Source: an uncultured Trueperaceae bacterium (lineage in GTDB: Bacteria; Deinococcota; Deinococci; Deinococcales; Trueperaceae). From it: a stretch of 64,000 nt of DNA. Position 1 is the first letter of the stretch, and each line of letters starts with the position of its first letter. The position numbers and the translations under genes were made by a program. Below, in pieces: positions 51,451-60,821 of the stretch. The stretch covers positions 3,123 to 67,122 of the forward strand of contig CAJXOA010000007.1 of NCBI GenBank assembly GCA_913057685.1, written 5' to 3'. The notes beneath the pieces are model-generated. The model saw only the letters and a program-made list of their open reading frames with translations. It searched no databases and had not been told where the DNA came from.

Positions 51451-54270
51451 ATGCTCCACCGGCTCATTCTCCCTCTCTTCTTCGCTTGCCTCAGCGGTAC
51501 GGCTGCGTACACGCAGACCGTTGAAGTCCCCGCCAAGCTACCCACGGTCGCGCCGGGCGAAAGCGCGATTCTTCGCGCCGTCCTCGTGCAGCCGCGGGGC
51601 GAGGCCGACACGTATGCCTTGGCGTACGAACGGCCCGAGTTCGTGCGGCTCATTGCTCCACGCGCCGAAATCGACGTAGCCGCAGGAGACCAACGGGCCG
51701 TCGTTCTGCCAATCGACGTGAGCATCAATGCACCGCCTGGACCCGCGGCGGTCGCTGTGACCGCCACGAGCGGCGCTTCAGCTCCAATGCGCTTCGCGGT
51801 TCCATTCATCGTCATGGAACGCATCGCTGGATCTATCGAGGTGATTACCACCCCGCGAAATGCGGTGCGTGGCCCGTACGAGCTGGTAGCGCGCGTCGTC
51901 AACGAGGGAAACGTCCGGGCGCAATTCGCGCTGGGAGGGTCTGCTGTTTTGGAGATCGGGCGAACCGTTGAGCCGTCGGTCCTCGAACTCGGTCCCGGCG
52001 AAGATGGCCAGGTGACGGTCCGCGTCGCTCCCGAGCTTCCCGAGGACACGATCCGGACCGATCGAACGTGGCTCGTCCTGCGGGACGCTACGTCCGGTCG
52101 CCGATTGGACGCTACACGAGTTCCCGTCGACGTCCTACCCAGCTTTGGCCGGCGTGGTCGCGCTGGTCCATTCCACACGATTCCACTCACGGTTCGTACG
52201 GCCGTGAGGACGGGCATCGAGACGGCCGAAGGGACGTGGGTCGTGACCGGCAGTGGCACCCCGACATTGACCACGCAGATTGCGGGCGCATTACTCGATT
52301 CTGGACAGCCACGGGTCCATCTGTCACTTCGTACGCCAATACGGAGGGATCGTGCACCTCGGTTCCAAGCCCGATATCAAGGGGTCGTTGACATTGCCAT
52401 GCAGCTTCCGGGCGCCACGCGTATTGCGCCCCGCACCACCCCCATCTCGGGACTTGGCGGGAGGGTCGATATCCCCATACGTCAAAACGTTCATCGGGCG
52501 AACCGTTTGTCGGTATCACTCCATCAGAATGCGGACGGCGCACATGGCGGGGTTGGGGTTCGGCTTCGCGATGAGTGGGCAAGTACGTCTTGGGCGACAC
52601 ATGTCGGAACGACCGTGCATCCGTCGCATCGATCGTTCGGTGGCACTTTCGGCTTGAGCATTTCGAGTCGCTCGGACGTGCTTATCAGCGGTAGTTTCGG
52701 GCGCCGGTTCGGCCCCATCCTTCCCCGTGCTCAGGGCACGGTGTCCTTTTCCGTCGATGGCGTGAGTGGAAGCCTTCAAGCGCGACGGGTGTGGTCGATC
52801 GATGATGATGACGACGGGGATGGGTTTGCGAGGGTCCGAAGGCAAAGCTACGAGTATCGCCCGCCAACACGACGCTACGAAGGTCGTTGGCTCTCTGGGC
52901 GTGTATCCGGCAGCGTGGCGTACGAGCATACCGTCCGTAAACGGGCCGACGAACCGGTGTCGGCAGCGGAATCTTGGGACGGTGATCTGGATGTTTCTGG
53001 GGAGGCGTGGACCCTTAGGACGGATGCAAGAAGGTCGACCCGCCTGCCGCTCGACGCTACACAGGCCGTGCGTCATGCCGACGCATATCGTGCCCGCGTG
53101 CGGTTGTCTCGGGTGTGGGGGATAGTTGACGTGGGAGCAATCCACAGTCGCACGCTGGAGGCGGGCGTCGTTACGAAACGGAGTGCCGACGTCAGCACGG
53201 GTGTGCGGAATGTCGAGATGGGTGACTTTTCTACGGCGCTGTCCGCGAAGTACCGCACCAATCTGCCCGTCGAGGCCTGCCGCCCAAACTGCGATCCGGG
53301 CCGGAAGGTTCGTATCGAAGGATCCGTCCAGGCGTACGGGGGAACCGCCCGCTTCTCGCTCGAGCCGATCGGCCATACCGGATTGTCATTGGACGTCGGC
53401 TACGGGTACGCGACGACGGTACGGCCGTTCGGGCTGATTCCGATCGACGTGTCCATCGCGGGCGGCGACCGCTGGCTCGACACCGTATCGGCCGACGTAC
53501 GCGGGACGTTCGGATCCAGGTTCGGGCGGCTCGACCTCTCGGGTGGCGTGCGGCACGAGCGGAACGGGACGTCCTCCACGACGTTCACGGCGCGTGCCGG
53601 GTGGTCGTACCGGATCGACGTCCCCGTCTCGTACCGCTCCGACCTCGGGCGGCTCGAGGGCCGCGTCCTCGGTCCCGACGGATCGCCGTTCCCGGACGCC
53701 GTCGTCCGCGTCGACGAACGCGAGTTCGTCACCGACGAGGAGGGACGGTTCACGAGCGACGTCCTCCCCGTCGGGCCCGCGACCGTGTTCGTGGACACCA
53801 CCCGCGTCCCATCGGGGATGCTCGTCGCCCCCAATCCCGTCCAGGACGTCGTCCTCGAGTCGGGGGAAGCGGTCGAGGTCACGTTCCAGCTCGTCGAGGC
53901 GACCGGGGTTCGGGGGCGGATCGCCTACGAGGACCCCCCGACGGACGTCGGCGACGACGTCGTGTTCGGGACCGGCCGTCGCGACGTCGACCCGCTCGTC
54001 GTCGGGGAGCGAACGATCGTGGTCCGCAACGACGAGCGGTCCTACCGAACGAAGAGCAACCCCGATGGCACCTTCGAACTGGACCGCATGTACCCCGGGA
54101 CGTATCGCGTGGAGGTGGTCGAGGACCCCGCCCTCGAGTTCTTCCGGATCGAACCGGCGGTCGTCACCGTCGACGTCGAGGGTCCCGAGCCGGCGTCGGT
54201 GGACCTTCGCATCGTGCCGGAGCGCCGGACCGTCGAGGTGGAGGAGCGCCCCGGGCTGTCCTTCCCGTGA
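51451..54270 (+). CDS. 939-aa secreted/outer-membrane protein: two N-terminal Ig-like domains, a central beta-barrel-like region, and two C-terminal carboxypeptidase-regulatory-like domains
   Basis: Signal or lipobox-like MLHRLILPLFFAC. N-terminal strings APGESAILRAVLV and LGPGEDGQVTVRVAP. The central about 450 aa are R/S/G/T/Y-rich alternating strands with no hydrophobic helices. C-terminal strings GRVLGPDGSPFPDAVVRVDEREFVTDEEGRFTSDVLPVG and RTKSNPDGTFELDRMYPGTYRVEV. Confidence 0.75.
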   Translation: MLHRLILPLFFACLSGTAAYTQTVEVPAKLPTVAPGESAILRAVLVQPRGEADTYALAYERPEFVRLIAPRAEIDVAAGDQRAVVLPIDVSINAPPGPAAVAVTATSGASAPMRFAVPFIVMERIAGSIEVITTPRNAVRGPYELVARVVNEGNVRAQFALGGSAVLEIGRTVEPSVLELGPGEDGQVTVRVAPELPEDTIRTDRTWLVLRDATSGRRLDATRVPVDVLPSFGRRGRAGPFHTIPLTVRTAVRTGIETAEGTWVVTGSGTPTLTTQIAGALLDSGQPRVHLSLRTPIRRDRAPRFQARYQGVVDIAMQLPGATRIAPRTTPISGLGGRVDIPIRQNVHRANRLSVSLHQNADGAHGGVGVRLRDEWASTSWATHVGTTVHPSHRSFGGTFGLSISSRSDVLISGSFGRRFGPILPRAQGTVSFSVDGVSGSLQARRVWSIDDDDDGDGFARVRRQSYEYRPPTRRYEGRWLSGRVSGSVAYEHTVRKRADEPVSAAESWDGDLDVSGEAWTLRTDARRSTRLPLDATQAVRHADAYRARVRLSRVWGIVDVGAIHSRTLEAGVVTKRSADVSTGVRNVEMGDFSTALSAKYRTNLPVEACRPNCDPGRKVRIEGSVQAYGGTARFSLEPIGHTGLSLDVGYGYATTVRPFGLIPIDVSIAGGDRWLDTVSADVRGTFGSRFGRLDLSGGVRHERNGTSSTTFTARAGWSYRIDVPVSYRSDLGRLEGRVLGPDGSPFPDAVVRVDEREFVTDEEGRFTSDVLPVGPATVFVDTTRVPSGMLVAPNPVQDVVLESGEAVEVTFQLVEATGVRGRIAYEDPPTDVGDDVVFGTGRRDVDPLVVGERTIVVRNDERSYRTKSNPDGTFELDRMYPGTYRVEVVEDPALEFFRIEPAVVTVDVEGPEPASVDLRIVPERRTVEVEERPGLSFP

Positions 54271-54313
54271 GCATCGGCGCACGACCCCGAGCCTCGGCGC
54301 ACGCCCAAAAGCC

Positions 54314-57040
54314 TCAGCGGACGGCGTCCGGGCGGGGTAGGTGGGTGGCGACGAGGCGACCGACCCGGTCCGCGAGGTTCGTCCGCTCGTCGGCCAACAG
54401 GGCGTCACGGAGGCCGGTGAGGGCCGAGCGGAGGACCCCCAGGCCGTGGGGCGTGCCGTACCGGGTGAGGGTGGCCTCGAGCTTCGACATCGTTTCGCTG
54501 AGCTCCGGGATGGCCCCGCGCGCTAGGCACGCCCGGGCGTGCCCGAGGTGGGCGCTGGCCTCGCCGATCGCGTCGCCCGCCTCGTGGAACGCCGCCGCAG
54601 CGCGCGCGTACGCTGCGCAGGCGCCCGCGTCGTCGCGGGTTTCACTCAGGATGTGCCCGCGGTTCGTCTCGCAGGCCGCCACCAGCCACGGGTCCCCCGC
54701 GTGGCGGGCGTGCCGCGCCGCCTCCTCCAGGTCCTCGAGGGCGTCGGCGGGGGCGCCCCGCGCGCCATCGGCGGCGGCGAGGTTCATCAGGGCCCGCGCC
54801 ACGCCGGGTTCGTCGTCCGCCTCCCGGCGGGCCGCCAGGGCGGCGGCGAAGTCGTGGCGCGCGTCGCCCGGCCGGCCGGCGTCCATCGCCAACCCCCCGA
54901 GCGCGGTGGCGACCCCCGCGCGTTCGGGGGTCGGGAGGGCGTGCGCGTGCGCGTCGGCGGTGGCGCGGAGGAACCGCTCGGCGAACGGGCCCTGCCCCAG
55001 GCGTTCGTACACCCGCCAGGTGCGGGCGCCCAACGCCAGGGCGGCCCGTGGGTCGACCGCGATGTGCTCGCGCAGGAGGGCGTTCGCGTCGTCGATCCAC
55101 GTCACGGCGTCGGCGAGCGCCTCCGCCTCGCCCGGCCCCTGGAGGGCGTCGGCGACGCGGGTCAGGCGGTCGAAGACGTCGTCGCGGTAGCGCCGCGCGA
55201 AGGCGGCGTCGGCCTCGTCCTGTCGGTCGACGTCCGCCCGAAGCGCCGCGCGGAGTCCGGCGGGCACCCGGTAGGTCGCCGGCCGACCCGCGCCCCCCGA
55301 CCGCGTCACGAGACCGAGGGCCTCGAGGCGGGCGAGGTCGGCCGCGACGGCGTCCGCGTCGCGCGCCTCGGCGTGCGCGAGGACGCCAGGGGGCGCGGGA
55401 ACGCCGACGTACGCCAGCCGCCGCAGGAACGGCGCCAGGTCGCGGGGAACCGCGGCGGCGGCGGCGCGCCCGTGCGCGAGGAGGGACCGCTGGTGCGGGG
55501 GCAGGTCGGGGGCGCCGGCGGTCAGGCGCCCGGCGAGGTCGGGCAGGGTGGTGAACGGGTCGCCCAACGTCCCGCGCGCCCAGGCGTACCCGGCCAACAC
55601 CAGCGACAGCGGGTGGCCCTGCAGGATGCGCGCGGTCAGCGCGACGCTCGTGCGGACCTTCGGATCGAGGTCGGCGGGGGATCCGGTCCACCCGTGCTTC
55701 CGGGCCGACGCCAGGAACAGTTCGGTGGCGGGGGCGTCGGTCATGCGCTCCGGGTCGCGGACGTCGAGGTCGGGAAGCCCCAACGGTCCCGGCGTCCAGG
55801 TGCGTTCGTACGCGTGGCCGATGGGCGCTCGCCCGGTCGCGACGAAGCGGACGCCGGGGTGGCGGGCGGTGAGGGCCTCCGCGGCGTCGGGCGTCACGCG
55901 GCCCGGGGGCAGGTCGTCGAGCCACACGAACGTCGGGGCGTGCCAACCGGCCGGGGCGAGGGCCGTATCGACGGCGCGGGCGACGGCGTCGCCGTGCGGC
56001 GCGTCGCGCACCACGAGGCGCGTCACCCGCTCGCCGGTCCGGGCGACGTGCAGGCGGAGCGCTTCGGAGGCGAGGGTGGAGGTCCCGAGCCCCGGTCCGG
56101 CGGCGAGGGTCAACCACGGTACGCCGGGGTCGGCGAGGCGGTCGAGGACCGCCAGCACGTCCGCTTCGCGACCGATCAGGCCGAACGGGGTGGCCAGCCG
56201 CTCGTCCCCCACCGCGTCGGGCGCGACCGCGCTCGCCGCGGGACGGTGGGCGCCGTCCGCCAACCAGCGGCGGCGGACGTCGTGGAGGAGTTCGACGGTG
56301 GCGTGCGAGGGGTCGGCGTCCAGGTGGCGGCGGAGGGCGTCCTCCGCGTCGAGGTAGCGGCGGACGGCGTCGGTGGGGCGGCCCGCGTCCCGCCGGAGGC
56401 GGATCGCCGTGCGGTGGGTCGCCTCGTCCCACGGCGCGATGCGGCTGGCGACGTCGGCGAGGTGGATGGCGTCGTCGGCGCTGCCGTCGGCTTCGGCGTC
56501 GGCGGCGGCGCGCGTCCAGGCGTCGTGCAGCTCGTACGCCAGGTGGGTGCGCGCGTCGGCGAGCCAGTCCATGAAGGCGGGGGCGTCGGTGAGGTCGATG
56601 CCTTCGAGGAGGGCGCGGGTGGGATCGAGGTCGGTCGGTGCGTCGTCGTAGCGGGCGCCCGCCGCCCCCCACCCTCGAAGACGGAGGACGTCGGCGTCGA
56701 CCGCGTCCCCGTCGAGGCGGACGTGCGTGCGGTCGCTGACCAGGACCTCCCCCAGCGCCCGCCGGAGGGTCGTGAGCGTCACGCGCAGGTTCGTGCGGGC
56801 CTTGGGGGCGTCGTTGTCGGGCCACAGCAACGTCGCGAGGTGGGTGCGGCTCGCCCCCTCCGGCGTCGTCAGGAGGTAGCCGAGGGCCGCCCAGTGCTTG
56901 CGTTGCCGGAGGCCGGCGGAGCCGTGCGCGGCGGTGAGGTGCGGCGGCCCGAGCACCCGGACCGACGGGACCGGTGCCGGGACGCCCGCGTCCGCCGACC
57001 GGGGACCGAAGGTGCCGTCGAGGGAACCGGAGGACCGCAT
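54314..57040 (-). CDS. AfsR/SARP-like regulator: winged-helix DNA-binding domain + BTAD + NB-ARC-like domain + TPR
   Basis: 908 aa counted from the ATG at 57040. Motifs RKHWAALGYLL and LWPD...ARTNLRVTLTTLRRAL, plus the BTAD helices. The P-loop-like GPGLGTSTLA lacks Lys. The C-terminal half has Ala-rich TPR-like repeats. Confidence 0.75.
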   Translation of the reverse strand: MRSSGSLDGTFGPRSADAGVPAPVPSVRVLGPPHLTAAHGSAGLRQRKHWAALGYLLTTPEGASRTHLATLLWPDNDAPKARTNLRVTLTTLRRALGEVLVSDRTHVRLDGDAVDADVLRLRGWGAAGARYDDAPTDLDPTRALLEGIDLTDAPAFMDWLADARTHLAYELHDAWTRAAADAEADGSADDAIHLADVASRIAPWDEATHRTAIRLRRDAGRPTDAVRRYLDAEDALRRHLDADPSHATVELLHDVRRRWLADGAHRPAASAVAPDAVGDERLATPFGLIGREADVLAVLDRLADPGVPWLTLAAGPGLGTSTLASEALRLHVARTGERVTRLVVRDAPHGDAVARAVDTALAPAGWHAPTFVWLDDLPPGRVTPDAAEALTARHPGVRFVATGRAPIGHAYERTWTPGPLGLPDLDVRDPERMTDAPATELFLASARKHGWTGSPADLDPKVRTSVALTARILQGHPLSLVLAGYAWARGTLGDPFTTLPDLAGRLTAGAPDLPPHQRSLLAHGRAAAAAVPRDLAPFLRRLAYVGVPAPPGVLAHAEARDADAVAADLARLEALGLVTRSGGAGRPATYRVPAGLRAALRADVDRQDEADAAFARRYRDDVFDRLTRVADALQGPGEAEALADAVTWIDDANALLREHIAVDPRAALALGARTWRVYERLGQGPFAERFLRATADAHAHALPTPERAGVATALGGLAMDAGRPGDARHDFAAALAARREADDEPGVARALMNLAAADGARGAPADALEDLEEAARHARHAGDPWLVAACETNRGHILSETRDDAGACAAYARAAAAFHEAGDAIGEASAHLGHARACLARGAIPELSETMSKLEATLTRYGTPHGLGVLRSALTGLRDALLADERTNLADRVGRLVATHLPRPDAVR

Positions 57041-57181
57041 CGCTCCAAACCGTAACGGATGAAACGCCGAAGTACGGCGAACCAGACGACAGTGTGGCGC
57101 GGACCGCACCGTACGAGGGGCGTCCTGGACGCGCCGCGCTCTCACGAACCGGGGTGGGCGTTTCGGTATCCTCGAAGGTCC

Positions 57182-57649
57182 ATGCCCACCGGTACCGACC
57201 GCACCGGCACGATCGCCTCCGCCCGCCCCCCGCGCCGGGGCGCGCGCGTCGTGCGCACCGTCGCGATCGCCGTCCTCGGAGCGACCGCCTGGGCCGCCCC
57301 CCCGTGCGAGGCGCTGCTCGAGGGCTTCCTGGTGCGGGACGCCGTCATCGAACGCCCCTGCCTGGTGGACCTCCAAGAGCGCGGCGTGTGCTTCGCCCTG
57401 GAGGGCACGACGTTGGAGTCGTCGGTGCGCCAGTTCGACGCCTACCTGCAGACCACCGGCATCGCGCGGCCCACCTGGGCGTCGCACGAGGGCACCCACG
57501 CCACCCGGGTCGTGGCGCCCCCCGGCGACCGGGTGGAGCTCGTGCTCGCCGAGGACGGACCGTTCGCGACGCTCGGGTCGTGCCGGCTCGCGCCGGCGCG
57601 CGGGGCGCCCGGCGCGGAGCACGACGACCTCGACGACGGCGCCCCCTGA
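57182..57649 (+). CDS. small exported hypothetical protein with four Cys
   Basis: 155 aa. PRRGARVVRTVAIAVLGATAWA looks like a Tat/Sec signal. No recognisable family. Confidence 0.5.
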   Translation: MPTGTDRTGTIASARPPRRGARVVRTVAIAVLGATAWAAPPCEALLEGFLVRDAVIERPCLVDLQERGVCFALEGTTLESSVRQFDAYLQTTGIARPTWASHEGTHATRVVAPPGDRVELVLAEDGPFATLGSCRLAPARGAPGAEHDDLDDGAP

Positions 57650-57671
57650 CCGCGCGCCCCGACGGGGCGCC

Positions 57672-60600
57672 CTAGCCGCCGTAGGCGTAGCCGCGCGCGG
57701 CGACCGGCGCGTCGAGCCCCGCGACGGTGCGGGCGCGCACCGTCCAGGCGCGCCCCTCCCGCCGCAAGATGCCGTCGACGACCAGCACCTGCGCGTCGCG
57801 CAGCACCCGCCACTGCGCGTCCCACAGCTCGGGGGCGATGACGACCTGGGCGCGGTCGGGGCCGTCCTCGATGACGAAGAAGGCGTAGCCCTTGGCGGTC
57901 CCCGGGCGTTGCCGCGCGACGACCCACCCACCGGTCCGCACCTCCCCCTCCTTCGCCGCGGCGAGCGGCGTGACGCCCAGGTCGCGCAGCTCGCCGCGCA
58001 GCAGGTCGACGGGGTGCACCCCCGCCTCCTCGAACCCCTTGAGGCGGTAGTCCCACACGACGCGCTCCGCGTCGTCGAGGGCGGCGAGCGGCGGGGTGGG
58101 GGGCGTCGGGTCGAACAGCGGCGCCTGCCCGGGGGGGACGGTGTGGTGCAGGGCGCGCGCCTGGTAGAGCGCCTCGCGGCGCGCCTGCAGACCGTCGAAG
58201 GCGCCGGCGCGGGCGAGCGCCTCGAGGGCGTCGCTCGGAATGCGGGCGCGCTGGTGGAGGTCGCGCAGGTCGGCGTACGCTCCGCCCCGCGCCCGCTCGA
58301 GGACGACCTCGCGGGCGACGGCGTCGGAGACGCCCGTCGTCGCCTGGAGGGGTGGGACGAGGGTGCCCTCCGGCCCGCCGGGGTCGACCCGCCAACCGGC
58401 GCCGGACCGGTTGACGTCGAGCGGGGCGACCTCCACCCGCCAGCGGCGGGCCTCCTGCCGCAGGGTGGAGCGCGGCCACATGCCGGGGTGTTCGTTCAGG
58501 ACCGCCGCGAGGTACGGCCCCGGGTGGTGGTGCCGCAGCCAGGCGCTCGTGTAGGCGTGCAGCCCGAACGCCCAGGCGTGCGACTCCGCGAAGCCGTACC
58601 CGCGGAACGCCGCCATCGCCTCGAAGATCGCCTGCGCCTCCGCCTCGCTGCAGCCCGCGTGCCGCATCGCCCCGTCGACGAACGCGCGGTACGGCCCGCG
58701 GATCTCGTGTTCGTCCTCGAACGTCGTCACCGCCTTGCGGAAGCGTTCCGCGTCGGTCCAGGACATGCCGGCGACGGCGACGGCGATGCGCATCAGGTCC
58801 TCCTGGAACAGGATCACGCCGTACGACTTGCGCAGGACCGGCTCGAGGGCGGGGTGCAGGTAGGTGACCGGCTCCCGCCCGTTGCGGCGCGCGACGTACG
58901 GGTGGACGGTGTGCGACTGGATGGGGCCGGGCCGGAAGAGCGCCACCTGGTGCGCGAGGTCGGTGAGGGTGCGCGGCTTCAGTTGCACGCTCATGCGCAC
59001 CTGGCCGGGCGACTCGATCTGGAACAGCCCCATCGTGTCGCCCGCCTGGATGCGTTCCCAGACCGCCTCCTCGAGCGGCGGGTCGCGCACGTCGACCCAC
59101 GTCCCGGTGAGGCGGTGGACCTCCTCGCGGGCGCGTTCGAAGACGCTCAGCATCCGGAGGCCCAACAGGTCGAGCTTGATGAGGCCGAGCGCCTCGACGT
59201 CGTCCTTGTCGAACTGCAGGAGCTTGATGCCGCCGCTCGAGCGTTCGAGGGGGCTGACGTGCGCGAGGGGCGCGCGGCTGAGGACCACCCCACCGGAGTG
59301 CGGCGCGACGTGCCGCACGAACTTCGCCTCCATGCTCACCAGGAGGCGCACGAGTTGGGCGCGGAGCGGGGTGTCGCCCAGCACCTCGTCGAACACCTCG
59401 TCCGCCTCGCGCGCCTGGTGGGGGCGCAGGTGCCGGTACGGCCGCCCGAGCGCCTTCGTGAGGCGGTCGCGAACCTCGGGCGGGATGCCGAGCGCCCGCC
59501 CGAGGTCCTGCACGGCGCTGGGCAGGTGGTAGGTGATGCGGTTGCAGACCATCGCTTCGGTGCGCGCCCCGAAGCGCCGTTCGACCCAGGCGAGCAGCTC
59601 GTCGCGGCGGGCGGAGGCGACGTCGACGTCGATGTCGGGGGGCGACGCCTTGCCGCCGTGCAGGAACCGCTCGAACAGCAGGTCGTGCTCGAGCGGGTCG
59701 GCCTGCGTGATGCCGAGCAGGTGACACACCAGGCTGGCGGCGGCGGAGCCGCGGCCGCTGCAGACGATGCCGCGGTCGTGGCAGTAGTCGGTGATCTCCG
59801 CGGCGGCGAGGAAGAAGCCGGCGAAGCCGAGCGCGCGGATCGTCGCGAGTTCGTGGTCGAGGCGCTCGCGGGCGGTGGGGAGGCGGTCGCCGGCGTAGCG
59901 CTCGACGAGCGCGCCGTACGTCCGTCGTTCCAGGTAGGCGTCCGGCGTGAGGCCGTCGGGGACGTACGCGTCGGGGGGCTCGAGGCGGTCGGGCAGCAGC
60001 GGCCAGGTGCACGCCTCGGCCAGCGTGCGGGTGTTCGCCAGCACGTCGGGCAGCAGCAACGCCGGCACCTCCCCGTCGGGCACGCGGTCGCGCAGGTCGG
60101 GTGGGGGGAGGGCGTCGGCGTCGTTCCGGGGTCGGTCGGGGTGCGGGTCGTCGACGGTGATCCCGAGCCGGGCACAGGTGAGCGCGTCGTACAGCGGGTA
60201 CGACGCCGCGTCGGCGTAGCGCACCTCGGGGGCGGCGACGGCGGGGAGGCGGGCGCGGTGCGCGAGGCGGCGCAGGTAGCGCCCGCGGCGCAGGTCGGCG
60301 GGGTGGGCGCCGTGGTAGAGCTGCACCCAGAAGCGGTCGGGGAAGAGGGCGGTGAGGCGCTCGAGGAGACGGTCGAGGTCGGCGAAGCGGCGGCGCACGA
60401 GGAGGGTGGTCGGGAAGCCGGCCCGCCCGCCGGACAGGGCGTGCAGGTCGGTGGTGTGCGCCTCGAGGATCGGGAGGGTGACCTCGCCGCCGCGTTCGTG
60501 CGCCAACGTCAGGAGTTCGTTCAGCGTGGCGTAGCCGCGCCGCGACCCGGCGAGGAGGGGGAGGGGGTGGACGTCGTCGCCGTCGCGCAGCGCGACGGTC

Positions 60601-60821
60601 GCCCCGACGATCGCCCGGAGGCCGTGCTCGCGGGCGGCCTGGTGGAGCTCCACCGCGCCGTACACGCCGCCGTGGTCGGTCAGCGCGAGGCTCTCGTAGC
60701 CGAGGGCGGCGGCCCGCTCGACGAGCCGGCGGGGGCTGGAGGCGCCCCGCCCGAAGCTGAAGAAGCTGTGGACGTGCAGCAGGTCGCGTAGCCGCGGCGT
60801 CGGGGCGGGCGGGGACGCCAC
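57672..60821 (-). CDS. dnaE2: error-prone DNA polymerase III alpha-like, DnaE2 (ImuC)
   Basis: 1049 aa. PHP domain (LHVHSFFSFGRGASSP, ALTDHGGVYGA), polymerase core (PDIDVD, LGLIKLDLLGLRMLS) and a C-terminal OB fold. It sits downstream of imuB. GTG start at 60821. Confidence 0.9.
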   Translation of the reverse strand: MASPPAPTPRLRDLLHVHSFFSFGRGASSPRRLVERAAALGYESLALTDHGGVYGAVELHQAAREHGLRAIVGATVALRDGDDVHPLPLLAGSRRGYATLNELLTLAHERGGEVTLPILEAHTTDLHALSGGRAGFPTTLLVRRRFADLDRLLERLTALFPDRFWVQLYHGAHPADLRRGRYLRRLAHRARLPAVAAPEVRYADAASYPLYDALTCARLGITVDDPHPDRPRNDADALPPPDLRDRVPDGEVPALLLPDVLANTRTLAEACTWPLLPDRLEPPDAYVPDGLTPDAYLERRTYGALVERYAGDRLPTARERLDHELATIRALGFAGFFLAAAEITDYCHDRGIVCSGRGSAAASLVCHLLGITQADPLEHDLLFERFLHGGKASPPDIDVDVASARRDELLAWVERRFGARTEAMVCNRITYHLPSAVQDLGRALGIPPEVRDRLTKALGRPYRHLRPHQAREADEVFDEVLGDTPLRAQLVRLLVSMEAKFVRHVAPHSGGVVLSRAPLAHVSPLERSSGGIKLLQFDKDDVEALGLIKLDLLGLRMLSVFERAREEVHRLTGTWVDVRDPPLEEAVWERIQAGDTMGLFQIESPGQVRMSVQLKPRTLTDLAHQVALFRPGPIQSHTVHPYVARRNGREPVTYLHPALEPVLRKSYGVILFQEDLMRIAVAVAGMSWTDAERFRKAVTTFEDEHEIRGPYRAFVDGAMRHAGCSEAEAQAIFEAMAAFRGYGFAESHAWAFGLHAYTSAWLRHHHPGPYLAAVLNEHPGMWPRSTLRQEARRWRVEVAPLDVNRSGAGWRVDPGGPEGTLVPPLQATTGVSDAVAREVVLERARGGAYADLRDLHQRARIPSDALEALARAGAFDGLQARREALYQARALHHTVPPGQAPLFDPTPPTPPLAALDDAERVVWDYRLKGFEEAGVHPVDLLRGELRDLGVTPLAAAKEGEVRTGGWVVARQRPGTAKGYAFFVIEDGPDRAQVVIAPELWDAQWRVLRDAQVLVVDGILRREGRAWTVRARTVAGLDAPVAARGYAYGG

